A stretch of 64,000 nucleotides of DNA, taken from NCBI RefSeq assembly GCF_037042905.1, contig NC_087252.1, positions 27,530,001 through 27,594,000 of the forward strand. Direction: 5' to 3'. The notes beneath the pieces were generated by a model. The model was not told the origin of the DNA. It ran no database searches and saw nothing but the letters and a program-made list of their open reading frames with translations. Made by a program: the position numbers and the translations under genes. Source of the DNA: Lytechinus pictus (Eukaryota). Positions 13,211 to 26,220 of this stretch are shown one piece after another. The stretch's first letter is position 1; the number at the start of each line of letters is the position of its first letter.

Positions 13211-14165
13211 ATTTCATCACAGCATCAATCAATCAAAACATTCACAACCTAAATTATAAAAAAATAAAAATAATTCTTATCAGGCGCTTTTCCAAAAGTT
13301 GAAAAGTGATATACATCAGCCATGCATTAAAAACAAATTGATTGCATGGATGTAACCACGTTATTTTGATATTGTTCCTATTTTCAATCAAATTTATTTG
13401 TTTATTCTATACATTATATTTCATTAGTTACTTTTAGTTCTTTCGTTAGAATTTATCTATTTCAATTTTATGATTATCAATTCTCCCCCCCCCCCCCGTA
13501 ATGTTACCGTGTCATTAATTTGCGTTGAAACAGTCACATCGTTTGTAAAGCCGAGAAAATTTCCTTTTCTTTTTTTTTTTGAAAATTTGTTCCTTCATTA
13601 GCACCGTAACGTCTCAACTGGGGACACGCGAATTGTCTTCGCCACAGCGAAGAATTGCTGCACAAAACTCGATGTTTCTGTCTTTTATTTACTGGTATTT
13701 CATCAAATATCAGAGATGTTTGTCATTTAAAGGCACTTTCAAGTCATATTTTGGAATTATGCAATTTATTTCGATATCGCTTAGAGTAACGTCCCAACAT
13801 ACCGGCGTATCGAAGATTGCGCTTGCTACTGAGCTTGGCAGCGCAAACTAGTGCTTCGATCACCTCCGAGTTTCTTCTATGATCGACTTTATGCGTAAAA
13901 ACAACGAAAATTTTCCTTATTTATTCATTTTTATGCATGTCCACTCGGGAAGAGTAACGTCCCAACATTTTTAGAAATCAGGTGATATTGTGAAATAGAC
14001 ATGCCAGCTTATCTTTTCCTTATCTGAACCAGTTTACCGATGTGTTGGCCTATCTAAAACACATGAAAAACCAAGCCTAGCGAGTACTTTATTTTTCGAC
14101 CCCTTTGTCCAAGTCTTAACCGGAATGGCCCATTTATGACTTTGAGATAAATATGTTTTTAAAAG

Positions 14166-14278
14166 TAAATGACGAGACGAATTTCTCTAAAATGATTAAA
14201 TGTGAATTTGAGGGTACCCTCGGCATATGTGTGTGTGTTCTCATTTAATCATTTTAGAGAAATTCGTCTCGTCATTTA
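14166..14278. repeat. Perfect 37-bp inverted repeat (mini-MITE or hairpin)
   Basis: taaatgacgagacgaatttctctaaaatgattaaatg and its exact reverse complement; 39-nt spacer. Confidence 0.85.
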
Positions 14279-14948
14279 TTAAAAGAAGAAAAAAACGGGG
14301 GGGGGGGTATTACTAGTACTACTCGTGCATTAAGAAACCAGGAGGATCCCCGAACTGTAATTAAAGTAGTTTTATCAATTATTATGAATCCATGATGTTG
14401 TTTGATTATACTAATTCCGAACGTGATAGATTCATGATAATCTCGCCGTCGAAATATTTACACCCTCTACACAATATACAGCGACGGCGATTAAAGTCGG
14501 ACTACCACTGCTGGTTAAGTAATTAAATGCAGGGGCAAACCGATGGATGCATGGGAATTGGATCATTGTAATTAATCTGTGTCAAATCTATATCGTTCGT
14601 TTTAACAGCAGTAAATTATGGCTGGACGAATGAGAGACATGTAAAGGGGGGGGGGGGGGGGGGTGGGGAGAGACAAAAACCCCATGTGTTAATTAAACGT
14701 AAAAGAGTAGGGGGGGGGGGTGGGAGATACAAGTAATTGGCGATGCGGTCAAGGGCGTTCGCTGGAGGCGCTCACAGTTCTTTGAAATTGAATCGAATGC
14801 AAATGACCACTGAACTCTAGAGGACCTGCATTTACATCTACACACCCAATTCCGGACTGAGTGACCTACATTTGCCATCATATTTCCTCCTCTTTGTATC
14901 CCTGGTGCATATTTCCATAATATCATTTTGATGTTGTGCCCATTAATT

Positions 14949-15213
14949 CAGTGGCGTACGGATAAAGGGAGGGAGCTTGGGGGGCGATTCCCCACAAGAA
15001 AAAAATCACTACCAAGAAGAAAAAAAGAAAGGGAAAGGAAAGAAAGGGTGAAATTATATTTTCTGAATATTATGTCAAAATCTATCGAAAAATTGGATTA
15101 TTGTAATACAAATTTGGAATTTTTGCTCGCTCACTTCACTTGCTCGCAACTTAAAAAGAAATTGCCCGATAAGCCATATCTAGCCCCCTGAAAATGTTTG
15201 GCTCATACCGCTG
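14949..15213. mobile_element. hAT-like non-autonomous element
   Basis: cagtggcgta ... taccgctg termini; flanks cattaatt/caattatt (6/8). Confidence 0.55.
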
Positions 15214-15683
15214 CAATTATTCAATGGTTTGTGTTACACTCACTAATAATAAACAACACTATAAATACTAGTCGTGTGCATCTGCACTGTAGGTCTCTAT
15301 ACTTTCCAGAGGGATTGATTTGTTTATATTTGTTTATTTTGTAGTTTTGACATGTAATCAATCATGAACAAGTTTAGCGTGAAGGACGGGTTGATGCAGT
15401 GACTGTTTTTGATATATGTGCTCCTCTATGCTCTATTCCACTTCATCGGTGGCACTCATTTAAAAAATAAATATATAGGGCCTCGAAAGCAAATTGATAA
15501 ATGATTAGAATTAAAGACTTATAAAACTTAATTAAGATTATGGGTAGATTCAAGTCATAGTTGAAATAAAATTGAATGGCATAAATTAATTTTTTTTAAA
15601 ATTCATTTAACATCTGGAGGCTTCGCTTTAACCCCCCCCCCCATTCAAAGACCCTCTATCATCAATATTCCCTCACGATTTAA

Positions 15684-16077
15684 AGATAAATTCCAGTTCT
15701 GGTAACGATCTCAAAATGACTTTTTACAGAATCTAATAAAATGACCACCCAAGTGTCTGTTTGTATGAATAAAAAATATGTGCCAAAGGATTCTGGAAGA
15801 AATTGTGTAATTGCTGAGAAATAAGCAAAATAAGCGCGGATTCGGTCACTTCCGTCGGGTCTTTATTCCAGCAATAATAATACACTGTCCCACGTGTGCC
15901 TATCTGTGTTGGTGATCTTCAGTGTGAACATTTTTCAGCGTAGATTTCAAGATTTCACAAAGTTCAGTTTATGTAACTGTACCAGATCTAGATCCTCGAT
16001 GATATACTGACAATTAAGCCTGGTTTTACAGACTTTCTCATGTAATCAGTGTTTACTCCAACTACTGGCATTTCTCT
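15684..16077 (+). mobile_element. Kolobok-like MITE (family B), complete
   Basis: TTAA on both sides; imperfect TIR agataaattccagt / actggcatttctct; inverted copies at 28709 and 30427. Confidence 0.85.
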
Positions 16078-16364
16078 TTAACTCCGAAACCTACGCAGAC
16101 ATGCGTCAATTGTGTTAAAAAAGAAAGATAAGATTGTTTGCCTATATATAGGCCTACATGTATCAGTATGTCAAAATTGGCCTTTTAATGCAGTGTGTCA
16201 CATTGGAGAGGACTGTCGAGTCAAATTAGTATACTACGTAATCATAAAATGTTTTCTGGATGTGTGTGTGTGAAACGTCAATGCGGTGCGCGTCATTCGG
16301 TATTTTGAGAGACATTCGCCACCTCATTATGATCGACGGGTGTGGATCCTACATGTACCCACAG

Positions 16365-16870
16365 AATTTTTATTTTATTTTATATTGTTTACAACAGGGA
16401 GCCCATTCAACAATGTTGATCGCCCACGGGGCCCTGTGACAATGTACATAACATAACAATAATAACAATTCATTTACATAGCAACATCGTAAGAGAGGCA
16501 TACATAAATTAGTAAGTACATGTGAAGGAAAGAAGGAAACATATAATTAACAATAAAAGTACACTGATTTAAAAAGCAGATGACGTGAAAGTAATAAGAC
16601 GTGTATTATTACAATTACAATTAGCCAAAATCTGTAAAATTAAGAAAGTAAGCTGAAGTCGTGAGTCGAACAAAAGTATCAAAAATAGAGGGCCGAATGT
16701 TAAATTATATAAGAGATTGAAGTATAGCTGGAAAAGAAGAATGCTTATGGTTCATGACTAGCTAATGCTAAATGCTTCTTCAAATGAAATTTAAATGATG
16801 CAAGGCTAATTTGAGGTCTTATTTCAGTTGGTAGGTTGTTTTATAGGGAAGGGCCGTCATAGCATAATGC
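16365..16870 (-). mobile_element. Degraded LINE (CR1/L2-like) 3' end
   Basis: (tttta)n tail next to cagggagccc...gggccctg motif resembling the inverted tail at 61583-61677. Confidence 0.4.
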
Positions 16871-17578
16871 GTTTTTACGGTATTCTGAATTCAGAATTGA
16901 CGGAATGGGCGTCAGAAATCAGAAAGGTGTGTGTGGGTGTGTATATACGTGTGTGTTTATGGGGGGGGGGGGGCGGTGATGATTGTGTATTTGTTTGCGT
17001 GAAAAGACAAGCCACATAACATTTGGCGACAAGTACAGTATAAAAACAGTGTTGCTGATAAAAACATCCTGTACAATATACCAATGGTAATTTACGTTGA
17101 CAGTGTAGATGATAGAAGAAAAGACATACGTGTAATCTAACAAAACGAATCAAAACCTTATCAGAAAAAAAAAAATGATTTGAGAGAACACCATTTATTT
17201 GGTCTGTCCAGTATGCCAGGAAGCTCATCTACGTTGGTAGCAATCGTCTGATCATCGCCACTTACGCAATAAACTCATTTAAAATGCTCTCTGATGACGC
17301 TGGTTTATGTACATTATGATTGGTAATTGATGATCATGATTCCCCATCGACGGACTTGGCGAATTCTCACTGCAATGTCTGACCGCTCTCAGCCAGGGAA
17401 AGGATTGAAACACAGGACCCCACACGTCATCGTTTAGTCTACCGTTCCATATTCTCATCAGACACTTGACTCTTTCACAGTTGACAATGCCCATCGTCTT
17501 GAGCACAAACTTGATTTGGTTGTCATGGTATAAACTGCTTAATAGTCTCAAGGTAGAGACACTCTCACGACGACAGGC

Positions 17579-17704
17579 TAGTCTACAGAACGTATCCCAT
17601 TGAAACTGTGATCAGCAAGTGGGTCTTCATACAAGACTAGCACAGTACAACTTGCTGTTTCAGTTAAGCCATTGACAGGGGCCTCAGTCTGCATATTCAG
17701 ACTA
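17579..17704 (-). mobile_element. AcademH-like MITE
   Basis: tagtct...agacta termini; 9-bp TSD acgacaggc/acgacaagc. Confidence 0.7.
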
Positions 17705-18075
17705 ACGACAAGCGGTGGTCTCAAGAACTACGTCATCTCATTGAAGTCACGTGATAGTAGATTCCTAGAGTAGTACCTCGTCTCCGGGTTGCAGTGATCG
17801 GATGCAATCGTTCGGATGCTATGCCTCTGCTAATCACATTGACGCGTGTCGCCCAGGGCAGTCTATAATTATTACGTGACCTAAGTTCAAGGATTCAGCG
17901 GCCTTGTTTTCGTTTGCATCATCAGATGCATCTTGTATGAGGCATCGACGCTTTTTGGCGTTATCTCCCTATAGTCTCTTCTCACATACCCTTTGGTTCC
18001 CGTATGCTGCTATGGTATGAGCAGGGAGTTAGAATAAAGAGACTAGATTCACTTGTGTATTGTGGCTGATCCGCC

Positions 18076-18243
18076 TACTCGGCTGTGCAAACCCGAGTCA
18101 CGGGGCTGAATGTGCAGCCTATAATGCCTTGCGTCCTGAATCTGTGAATTGAAACAAGTTTTTAGATATATTATGTGGTAGTCTTTGTGTAGAGACCTAC
18201 TTGGTGATCAAAGTTAAGTTGGGGTCTGTGTGTCTGCAGACTA
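18076..18243 (+). mobile_element. AcademH-like MITE, diverged
   Basis: Homology to 34473-34629; flanks gatccgcc/gatccgacc. Confidence 0.65.
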
Positions 18244-18443
18244 GATCCGACCATGGACATACCATGATTGAATACAGACAAATGGGTTTCGAGTGTAGTT
18301 TCCACCCAAGACCAGGTTGTGATAGTGTAGATCTGGACGTTAGTAGTTATTTCTTTGGAAAACACAAGCTACACTCATTGCTTATGGTATACACACCTAT
18401 TACACACCAGTCCTCTCACTTTCTCCTTCTCTTACTAAAACTT

Positions 18444-18656
18444 CTCTGTAAAAAATGTGGTGTTAAACTGACACCAGTTGGTGTTGATAGAGGACCACAC
18501 CCTGAGGTGTTTAGTTACACCCTAGAGATTTCATATGACACCAAGGAGTGTAAATGTAACAACCAAAGGTGTTAAACTAACACCGTCAATTTAACACCGG
18601 AATAAAATAACCGATGTCCTCTATGTACACCAGTTAACACCACAGTTTTTTCTGTG
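18444..18656 (+). mobile_element. EnSpm/CACTA-like MITE (acacc/ggtgt subrepeat family)
   Basis: Homologous to 35693-35940 and inverted 51865-52101. Confidence 0.7.
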
Positions 18657-19525
18657 TGAGAGGACTGGTGTACAGTAGCACTCTCTGAATGGCTCGTGAG
18701 GTGGGATCTCAGCGCGCGAAGCGTGCTGTTGCTGGTTTGCAAAGCAAACCAGCAAACCAGCCACACTAGACCTAGTCTGCTATGTAGACTCCTTGAATCA
18801 GCTGTGGTACACACACTGCAGATGTGGGTCTACATTTGAAGACTAGGTGTACAGGTGTGTGAACCATAATTATACAATGAGTGAGTGTATGGTTTTCCAA
18901 AGAAATAATAACTTACGTCTAGATGAAGACGAGGTTCGTGAGTGATCACACTTAAAAAGAGCTGAAAAAGCTGAAGATTGTTGAAATAAATGCTGAAATA
19001 GGAAGAGCTCCCATACTTTTTTGTACAGAGGAAAGAAAAGTAAGCTGAAAATTAAAAGGGAAAAAAAAGATGCTGAACACCCACACCCTGCGACACTTTG
19101 ATTTGCTAAAATGCAAAATTGTGGGCATGTATTCGCACTTTACGTGTAGATAGACTACTTTCTCCCTTGCCTGTGTTATAGTCGGGATCGAGAAATTCAG
19201 AAACAATGTCCCCTGTATAGGCTGTGGACATGTAATTGTCACCCGACCCTGATTTCAAATCGATGCATTTTGTAATCAAGTGCGAAATCTACGTAAGATG
19301 TGGAGTCACCGACGTCTGGAGCATCCTTACATTTCGATGCTGCATAATCTTCAATACACAGGAACAGAAGAACATAATCATTAAGCGATTTTTAAAGTGA
19401 TTTTCATTGGCAAATACGAGTTCAGCCAGAGAGAGGCACAATTTAGTACTTTGTTCAGTTGTCAGTGAAACTGACTTGCGGTACGATTCAAGAAGTTTTC
19501 ATTTTATTCCCAGTTAGGGTATTAC

Positions 19526-19903
19526 AGGTATTGTTTAACTTTGTGAGCAGCCGATTTAAAAAATATCTCAAACCAAGATGAAACATGTGTACAAGTGCAT
19601 GTATTAGAACTAATAAATCCTGAAAACAACCATTATTGAGAATGAAAAGCTAAAACTACAAGGCAAACCCCGATTTTGTAAATAGGCGTCTTATAGACGC
19701 CTAAATAGTACACATAAGTGTATGGGATGAAATTAAGATGGTGTTTTCGGTCACTTTATATTTCACTTTTGAAGCACTAAATAATTATTTTCGAACGCAA
19801 TTTTTTCTGGGCTTCATTTTTGTAACATATCACAGACACAGGTGACAAGTGTGACCTTCTAGCTCAGATTTTTTAAAAGTCAAACCAATGTTAACCAATC
19901 ACT
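19526..19903 (+). mobile_element. Kolobok-like MITE (family C)
   Basis: ttac|aggtattgtttaac ... gttaaccaatcact|ttaa; inverted copy at 57865-58248. Confidence 0.8.
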
Positions 19904-20189
19904 TTAAGACAAAGGGTCATACTAATAACTATCCACATCATCACCGTTCTAGGACATACAGTGTAGACATATTATTTATGATTATAAATCTGAATAATTA
20001 CCAATGTTTTTAGGATGAATTTACCAGAACGAAGATTTTTTTAAAGGAAGAAAGCTAGATTAATAAAAAAATGCAGTGCATGTTGGTCGATAGTATTTGT
20101 GGACTTTTTATGTTATTTCTTTTTCTTCTAAAATTGTGTAATGCATATGATAATGGGTTGTCCTTATAAGCGGTCATGTGTGGCAGTTA

Positions 20190-20335
20190 TTGCGCTTCGC
20201 ATTACACCTGCTATAGCATAGCTGCCAATGAGGTCTTTCAACATATCAGTGAATAATTTCCTGCTGGATAGCCATATCTCTCACCTGTGTCGAGTGTGGC
20301 GAATGCAGATAAATACATTGCCAAAGGACATTTTG
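20190..20335 (-). mobile_element. Degraded SINE body
   Basis: tcacctgtgtcgagtgtggc...ttgccaaagg resembles the core of the 44062-44364 SINE. Confidence 0.5.
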
Positions 20336-22326
20336 AGGTTATCGTAAATCACCATTCTGTAAAAAACCACAATGCTTACAAAAAAGTTACCAGGCAAATG
20401 GCGAATATTTTCATTAAAAAAAATAAATTACACGAAATTATAGGGAAATTCCCCCTTTGTGAACTTCTTCATGGACTTCCCCATTGGATATTATTATTAT
20501 TATTTTTTTTTTTTTTTGGGGGGGGGGGTAAGACCGTCCTGCTCGCATAGAAATTGTCTATCTCACAGGCAATAACCATTATGCGTTTGTAGCCTATGAC
20601 CGTTCGTGAACCTGTTATCGAGTAGCGACGTCAGATTCTCCTTTGAGACTAGCCAAATTACGTCATTACCGAACTGTCCTATTTTCTTGTCGATATCTCT
20701 TCGCCTCTCCGTTTCATTTTCCCCTATTTATGGAATACATCTCTCTTTACCATGTCTTTGGCAAATCATTTGCATTTGCAACTTTTGTATCCTTTTCTCA
20801 ATATTTCTCCTCGGAGGAGACCAATAATTATCATTGGAAACGTCCTTCGAAACATCATAACTAACCAATTTATTTATCGTGGAGTAACCCGAATTACATT
20901 ATAAATCTGAAACTGAGCAATAATATTTTTTTGGAAATAAGTGAATCTCGAGTTTCATGCGCTTAGAAGTCAACGAAGATGGAAGTTTGACCGTATTTTG
21001 GGCGAAAAGTGAATTAAGGACTACCAATGAAAACGGGAAAATAAAGAGAGAACATCACAGAATATAAAATTCAAAAGTATTGTGATAATGATAGATTCCA
21101 TTCCCATGGACGTATAAAAGGGAGGTGGATCCATGTTTTTTTTCCTTTAGTTTTGCCTTTTTGTGTAGACCCTCATTTTTTAAATTGGCATATGGTCGGA
21201 AAGTTAACCCACTTTACGTTTCTTTGTCCTCTTGCAAAAATATCCGTCTCATTTCTCTGTTATGAATCACATTTACATTGTTCAGGGAATAGCATTGTAT
21301 TCATTATGAAGAAAAAACAAAGCGCACAGAGTGCATTAAACCGTTTTCGAAATAACGCCTTCACCGGTTTGATTTGTTAAAGTGGATCACTTTGCGTGAT
21401 TACATCAACAAAGAAACAAACTCGGTTTCCGTTTTCGCCGTTTTATTATTTCGCTTTATTTCTCCTCCCATTTCAGCGCGGTCCTAATTGAGATATGAGT
21501 TTTGGGCAAGTAATATCCAAACATTCCTAATTTGCAAAGAGGCGAGGATGTAGAGTGGAAATGTACTTTTCCCCACGGGTCATATGGGCTTATGGGAAGA
21601 CATTATGCAAATCCGTCTCCTTAAATTTGCCTAAATCTGCCATGCATAGCGCGTTTAATTGGATACGGCGAAATCTGGAAGACGCCGCGATCTAACGGTA
21701 CTGCTAGCCGACTCTGGGCGGACCTTCAAGAGATGTAATTGAAGAGCTTAAGCCGCCAATTTGATTAGTATTATCTGGGAAATCGCAAACTTTATCCTGG
21801 ATAAATCTGCCAAGATGAATTCATATCTGGAAGCACTCGCTCCGAATCATCTTCGCGTGCCTTTCCATTTTGCAATTCATCCTCTGCCGATATGATACTG
21901 ATTTTCTGCTTTGCAACGAGCCTGGCGCCTCTTGCGTATTGGATGCGTGCGTGTACATATTGGGACACGTGACCCCGTTTTTTTTCTCATCACTTTCAAA
22001 ATCAAAAGATCAATATTAATGGATACATATACATTATGTATCGTAAATGTGATGAATTATGTGGCATGCGATTTCAAGAAATTCTCTGACACATTGTGTT
22101 TGTCCATCTCATTGATAGTAATATGGCAGATGAGATAATCTGATCAATATTATAATTTGATAAAAAAAATACCTATTAAAATAATTATTTCCACAGCGTC
22201 AGCGTTGGTCCTACGTACAAGTGAGAATGATTTTCATTTTTATCCCATGATAATTCTCTATTTCTGTCATAAGTCCCTTGAATTCATTTGCCGTTTCGCT
22301 CTTTTCCTTTTTTCACTTGTCTGCAG

Positions 22327-22568
22327 TTATACAGTCATGATGCAGAGGAACAGCGGGTAAAATCTATCGGACTTCAGGATAATTTTGATATTCCACGATA
22401 CATCAGTCATTAGTAAAAGCTATCACATTGGAGGTCATCTATGAGGACTATACGTCTAGAGGCATCATCGATACGGCATTGTGGATTCAACATGGAGATC
22501 ATTGGGAATCATCCCGATTATTGAACCCTTACTTGCGATCTGACAAAAGAAAAAAAATATCAAAGATG
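22327..22568 (+). other. Candidate spliced exon, non-coding or 5'UTR, ending in ATG
   Basis: Long pyrimidine tract + ctgcag acceptor; aagATG|gtgagt donor; all three frames contain early stops. Confidence 0.35.
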
Positions 22569-25420
22569 GTGAGTCATATTTCTCTGTTTTTCGAAATCTT
22601 TATAACCTTTCAAAATCCTACTTTCTCCTGAACTTATATATTTCGTAATTGATATTATATAACTTTGTTATTACATCTGTATTAAAGGTCACTGTGTAGT
22701 GTTTTCGAGCTATTATTGAATTGATTATCCTCGTTAATTCCTTTTCTGAATCCTGATCGCCATTTTTATTTTCCTGAAACCCATGCATGTGCGGTTCAAT
22801 ATATGAATATGTATATGTGTACAAAATTACTCAAAATTCATATCGGGGGTAAATTCAAGTTATAATGAAATAGATATTTCATTTAGTTACTAATCCATTT
22901 TATTCCTGGATTTACCTTGAGTCTTAAAATTTGATAGTGGATACGCGAGATTAATTGTGAATGTTTTCAATTTGATAATTATGTCAAACCATTTGAATGC
23001 ATGCACATAATTGTATATTCGGTTTTGTTAATCAGAATGTCACCAGTGACAGTATGACAGATCAGCCTTGGGGTGTTAATTGAAGTGGCTCCAAAATATT
23101 CCCGTAATACAAGCAAGGACATAGTCATTCATGGTATAATTATCTAAATTCGTTTACAAATCCGATATCTATCAATTTGATCGCTACCGGCTTTTGTGTT
23201 TTCTTGATAATCATTCTTTTTTTAATTCTATCTTGGAGTAGGGACTGTAACAGTGCATGCTGTCTGTTTCAATATTAATATAGTTTTTATATCCTTTTCC
23301 TTTTTTACAATTCATTTGTGAGGAGTGTGTCTGTTAATCGCAAATTAAAAACGCAATTAGCTAGAATCTATGTTTTTTATATTAAAATGAATCCGAAATC
23401 CACAAACGTGGAGCGGGAGCTTTTAACAAGTCCACAACGTTTTATTTTATCAAATACCTGTTTTTGTTTCTTTTTAATATAACATTCGTATTTCTCGCTG
23501 CACTTTCATTCTATGTTATTTCATTATTAATTTATAATTCGTATGAAATTTCCCAGAATGGAAATTAAAACCGTCCTTCAATTTGACAAGTGCTCAGTAT
23601 TTACTGAACCTGCTGAAGGCCGTCAATAAACGTAACTGATTATCGAACATCCTTCATCGAATGACCGAAAATAAAAGAAGAAAACAAACAAAAAACGCCA
23701 CATGATATAATTTGCGTCTTTTCTCTATAGAAATTAAGTTCATTTTACGAGTATATGTTTTCCATCAGGTTTTTAATTTTAATTTTCATTAGTTAGACCT
23801 ATACTTGGAACCAAACCAATTAATGATCCATTGCAGTCTGTCCTTGTGCACCTGTCATACATTCACTACGACAGACGCATAAGGTTAAATAGCTAATACC
23901 TTTGTCAGTTTATCCTTTCACATTATTGGATGTAACTAATTTGATTTTTCCCTCGTATTGAGAAAAGTTTAATGCGTTTCAGTTTCCTTCGCCATATTTT
24001 GTTCTGAAGAGTTCCCAGATCTATTGTGATTGGTTGGTGCCTTCGAAATGTCAATGGAACCCTTTTAATTGAAGACGTCGCATGTTATGTTCGTCGTGAC
24101 TGACCGGCCTTCGCCGTTTATCCTTCGTGTCCAGTTCGGGTATAGTCGTATCGATTTTTCGATGATTACCATTTCACGTGGGTAATTAGTTTGAATGGTT
24201 CTTTAGGCATCCATTCAACTGTCGGTGTGTGTGATCTGGCAGTTATGTCAGTGAACCCATAATGTTTGAGAGTGGTACAATAATGACAGAAAACAAGTAT
24301 TTGGATATTCCTCATTCGAATGTGCCTGTTTTTGCGGTGATTAAAAATTCATCACGGATGTTTCGTTCCTGGTAACCTAGTATCAACAAAGTATTACTTG
24401 AAGTTGCTATGTGCGTCCAGTCTTGGGCAAGGTTTCAGGAGTAGCGTAATAGACATTGACTGTCTGGAGTCAGTTTCGCCACTAAGGAGCACGGGTGGCC
24501 TAGATGTGACTCCCAGATGGGTAGGTTTTGTCATGTCATTTATTCACATTTTCAGGGTTTAATGAATCTCCTCAATTTTCATCAACATTTCAATGCAATC
24601 AATGTCATTTCATCGATCTTACCTCGCGCGAGAAGGAAAGCAACATTAGTCCTAAAGGCCATTTTGAAATTGCCTTTCATTCAAGAATGATTCTTTCACA
24701 ACCCATCGACTTCTTTTCACCGATATATTCCTTCAGACAATTGGGATAAAATGGGACATCAAGCTGGCTTTTGATAAGTGGGCCGCGATCTCAACTGGAG
24801 GGGCGTCTGCCATTGGGGTCACCGCCCTGCCCCAACAATGTGACCTATTCACGATCCTGCCACTTGTCCGGGGTAGACAAAGGTGCCACTGATGTTCGGA
24901 GAAAAACCCCAATATTGCATTCCAACCCCATAACCTCACCTATGGGCAAAGTCTTCGGAATCAGACCCCTTTTGCGAGGTCCTCAATACATCATTTAGCT
25001 GTGGCGTGCAGAATTTTAAAAGTCGGACGTGGAACAGGGATGACTCCGTGGATGAAGGAGTCTTTGGCGTCGATGGTGGAGAAACATCCCCCTTGTCATG
25101 TTGTGTAAACTGCATGCAAGACTCGACTGTTATTGATGACCCAGGCCTTTCGATTCAATAAAGACATCCGTCGATCGGATCACTGTGAAGTCCGAGTTTT
25201 TGCGAGGAGCCCCATGCATTGGCCTATTAGATGGGCCTACATACAAGTAATAAATAATAAAGTAGCACATGGGGGCTGATTTTTCAAATTTGAGGAGGCT
25301 TGGGCGGTTTCTTGCAAACTGGAAGTACAGAACCTCTTGCATACAGACAGGACATATACCTCGTTCAAATTCATTGAAGTAAAATAATACCAAGGTTTAC
25401 CCCGTCTGGGATAGTTTGTC

Positions 25421-25456
25421 CATGGAGCTATTATGGTCTGTCCTAATAGCTCCATG
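25421..25456. mobile_element. P-like remnant: 13-nt terminus + 10-nt filler + 13-nt terminus
   Basis: catggagctatta-tggtctgtcc-taatagctccatg; TSD gtttgtc/gtctgtc (6/7). Confidence 0.75.
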
Positions 25457-25758
25457 GTCTGTCCATGATTGTGCATAAGACTCTTTTGGGGGTCTGTTTC
25501 CCCAGACTATTTTGGTCAACGATCAAACAGAGATCGAACTCTTTCGTTTTCGATGTGATCCCTGATATGATTATTTCAACAATCTCCGTAAAAGTTGAGG
25601 ACACAAAGCCCTGTCCTCTAAATCCTTCTTTTCTTTTCAATGACGCCTCTCCCTTGCTTCTGTGTGCACCCCATTGTATAGTCTAATTGTAAATAGCTGG
25701 AGACGTTTAATTGAATAGACTCGTTCCTGGGCGGTCGGACGTCTCTTTCTCCTTGCAG

Positions 25759-25774
25759 ATTGGAAATTGTGACG
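25759..25774 (+). other. Candidate 16-nt micro-exon
   Basis: tctctttctccttgcag|attggaaattgtgacg|gtaagg. Confidence 0.25.
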
Positions 25775-26029
25775 GTAAGGGCGACAAAGCCACAAATAAA
25801 GACCAAGAAACAATGGTCCTATTCTGTACATGAAATGCCTCCCTTCCAAATCTTTGGTTTAGTTTGTATTTTCAATTGAAAGATTAGGCGCCTGTCACTT
25901 TGTTTAGTGTGTGTGCGCCGCTATGTAACGTCGAAGATTCCCCCCGCTTTGCTCAGCAGAAGAATCGGATATATAGCGGTCTTCATATAAATGTTTACTC
26001 TTAAAAGGATTTATACATTAGATTTGATT

Positions 26030-26220
26030 TTATTCCTTTTATTTATTTTTTCATTTACTGTCAATGTCATTCATTTTTTTAATTGATTATTTATGTATCT
26101 ATTATAATTTTTTTCATTTTTATTTATTTATTAATTTTTATTTATTTATTATTATTATTATTTATTTATTATTATTATTTATTTATTTTATTTATTTTTT
26201 TTTTTTTTTTTTGGGGGGGG
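26030..26220. repeat. (ATTT/ATT)n low-complexity tract ending in poly-T/poly-G
   Basis: Direct reading. Confidence 0.85.

Larger units (their letters stand above)
9743..14131. mobile_element. 4.4-kb non-autonomous DNA transposon, Sola2-like
   Basis: Perfect 17-bp TIR gggccattccggttaag / cttaaccggaatggccc; 4-bp TSD attt both sides; GRG..CYC termini; dispersed internal taacgtc/gacgtta motif; no transposase ORF. Confidence 0.75.

Noticed and set aside
17521..18410. Solo LTR (tgtcatg start, aataaa at ~18034)
   Set aside because: No matching terminal repeat or TSD found; interrupted by MITEs
21103..21135. catggac...gatccatg inverted pair
   Set aside because: No flanking duplication and only a 6-7-nt terminal match
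24556..24749. Coding exon after the ttttcag acceptor
   Set aside because: Frames close within ~65 codons, no donor or recognisable protein
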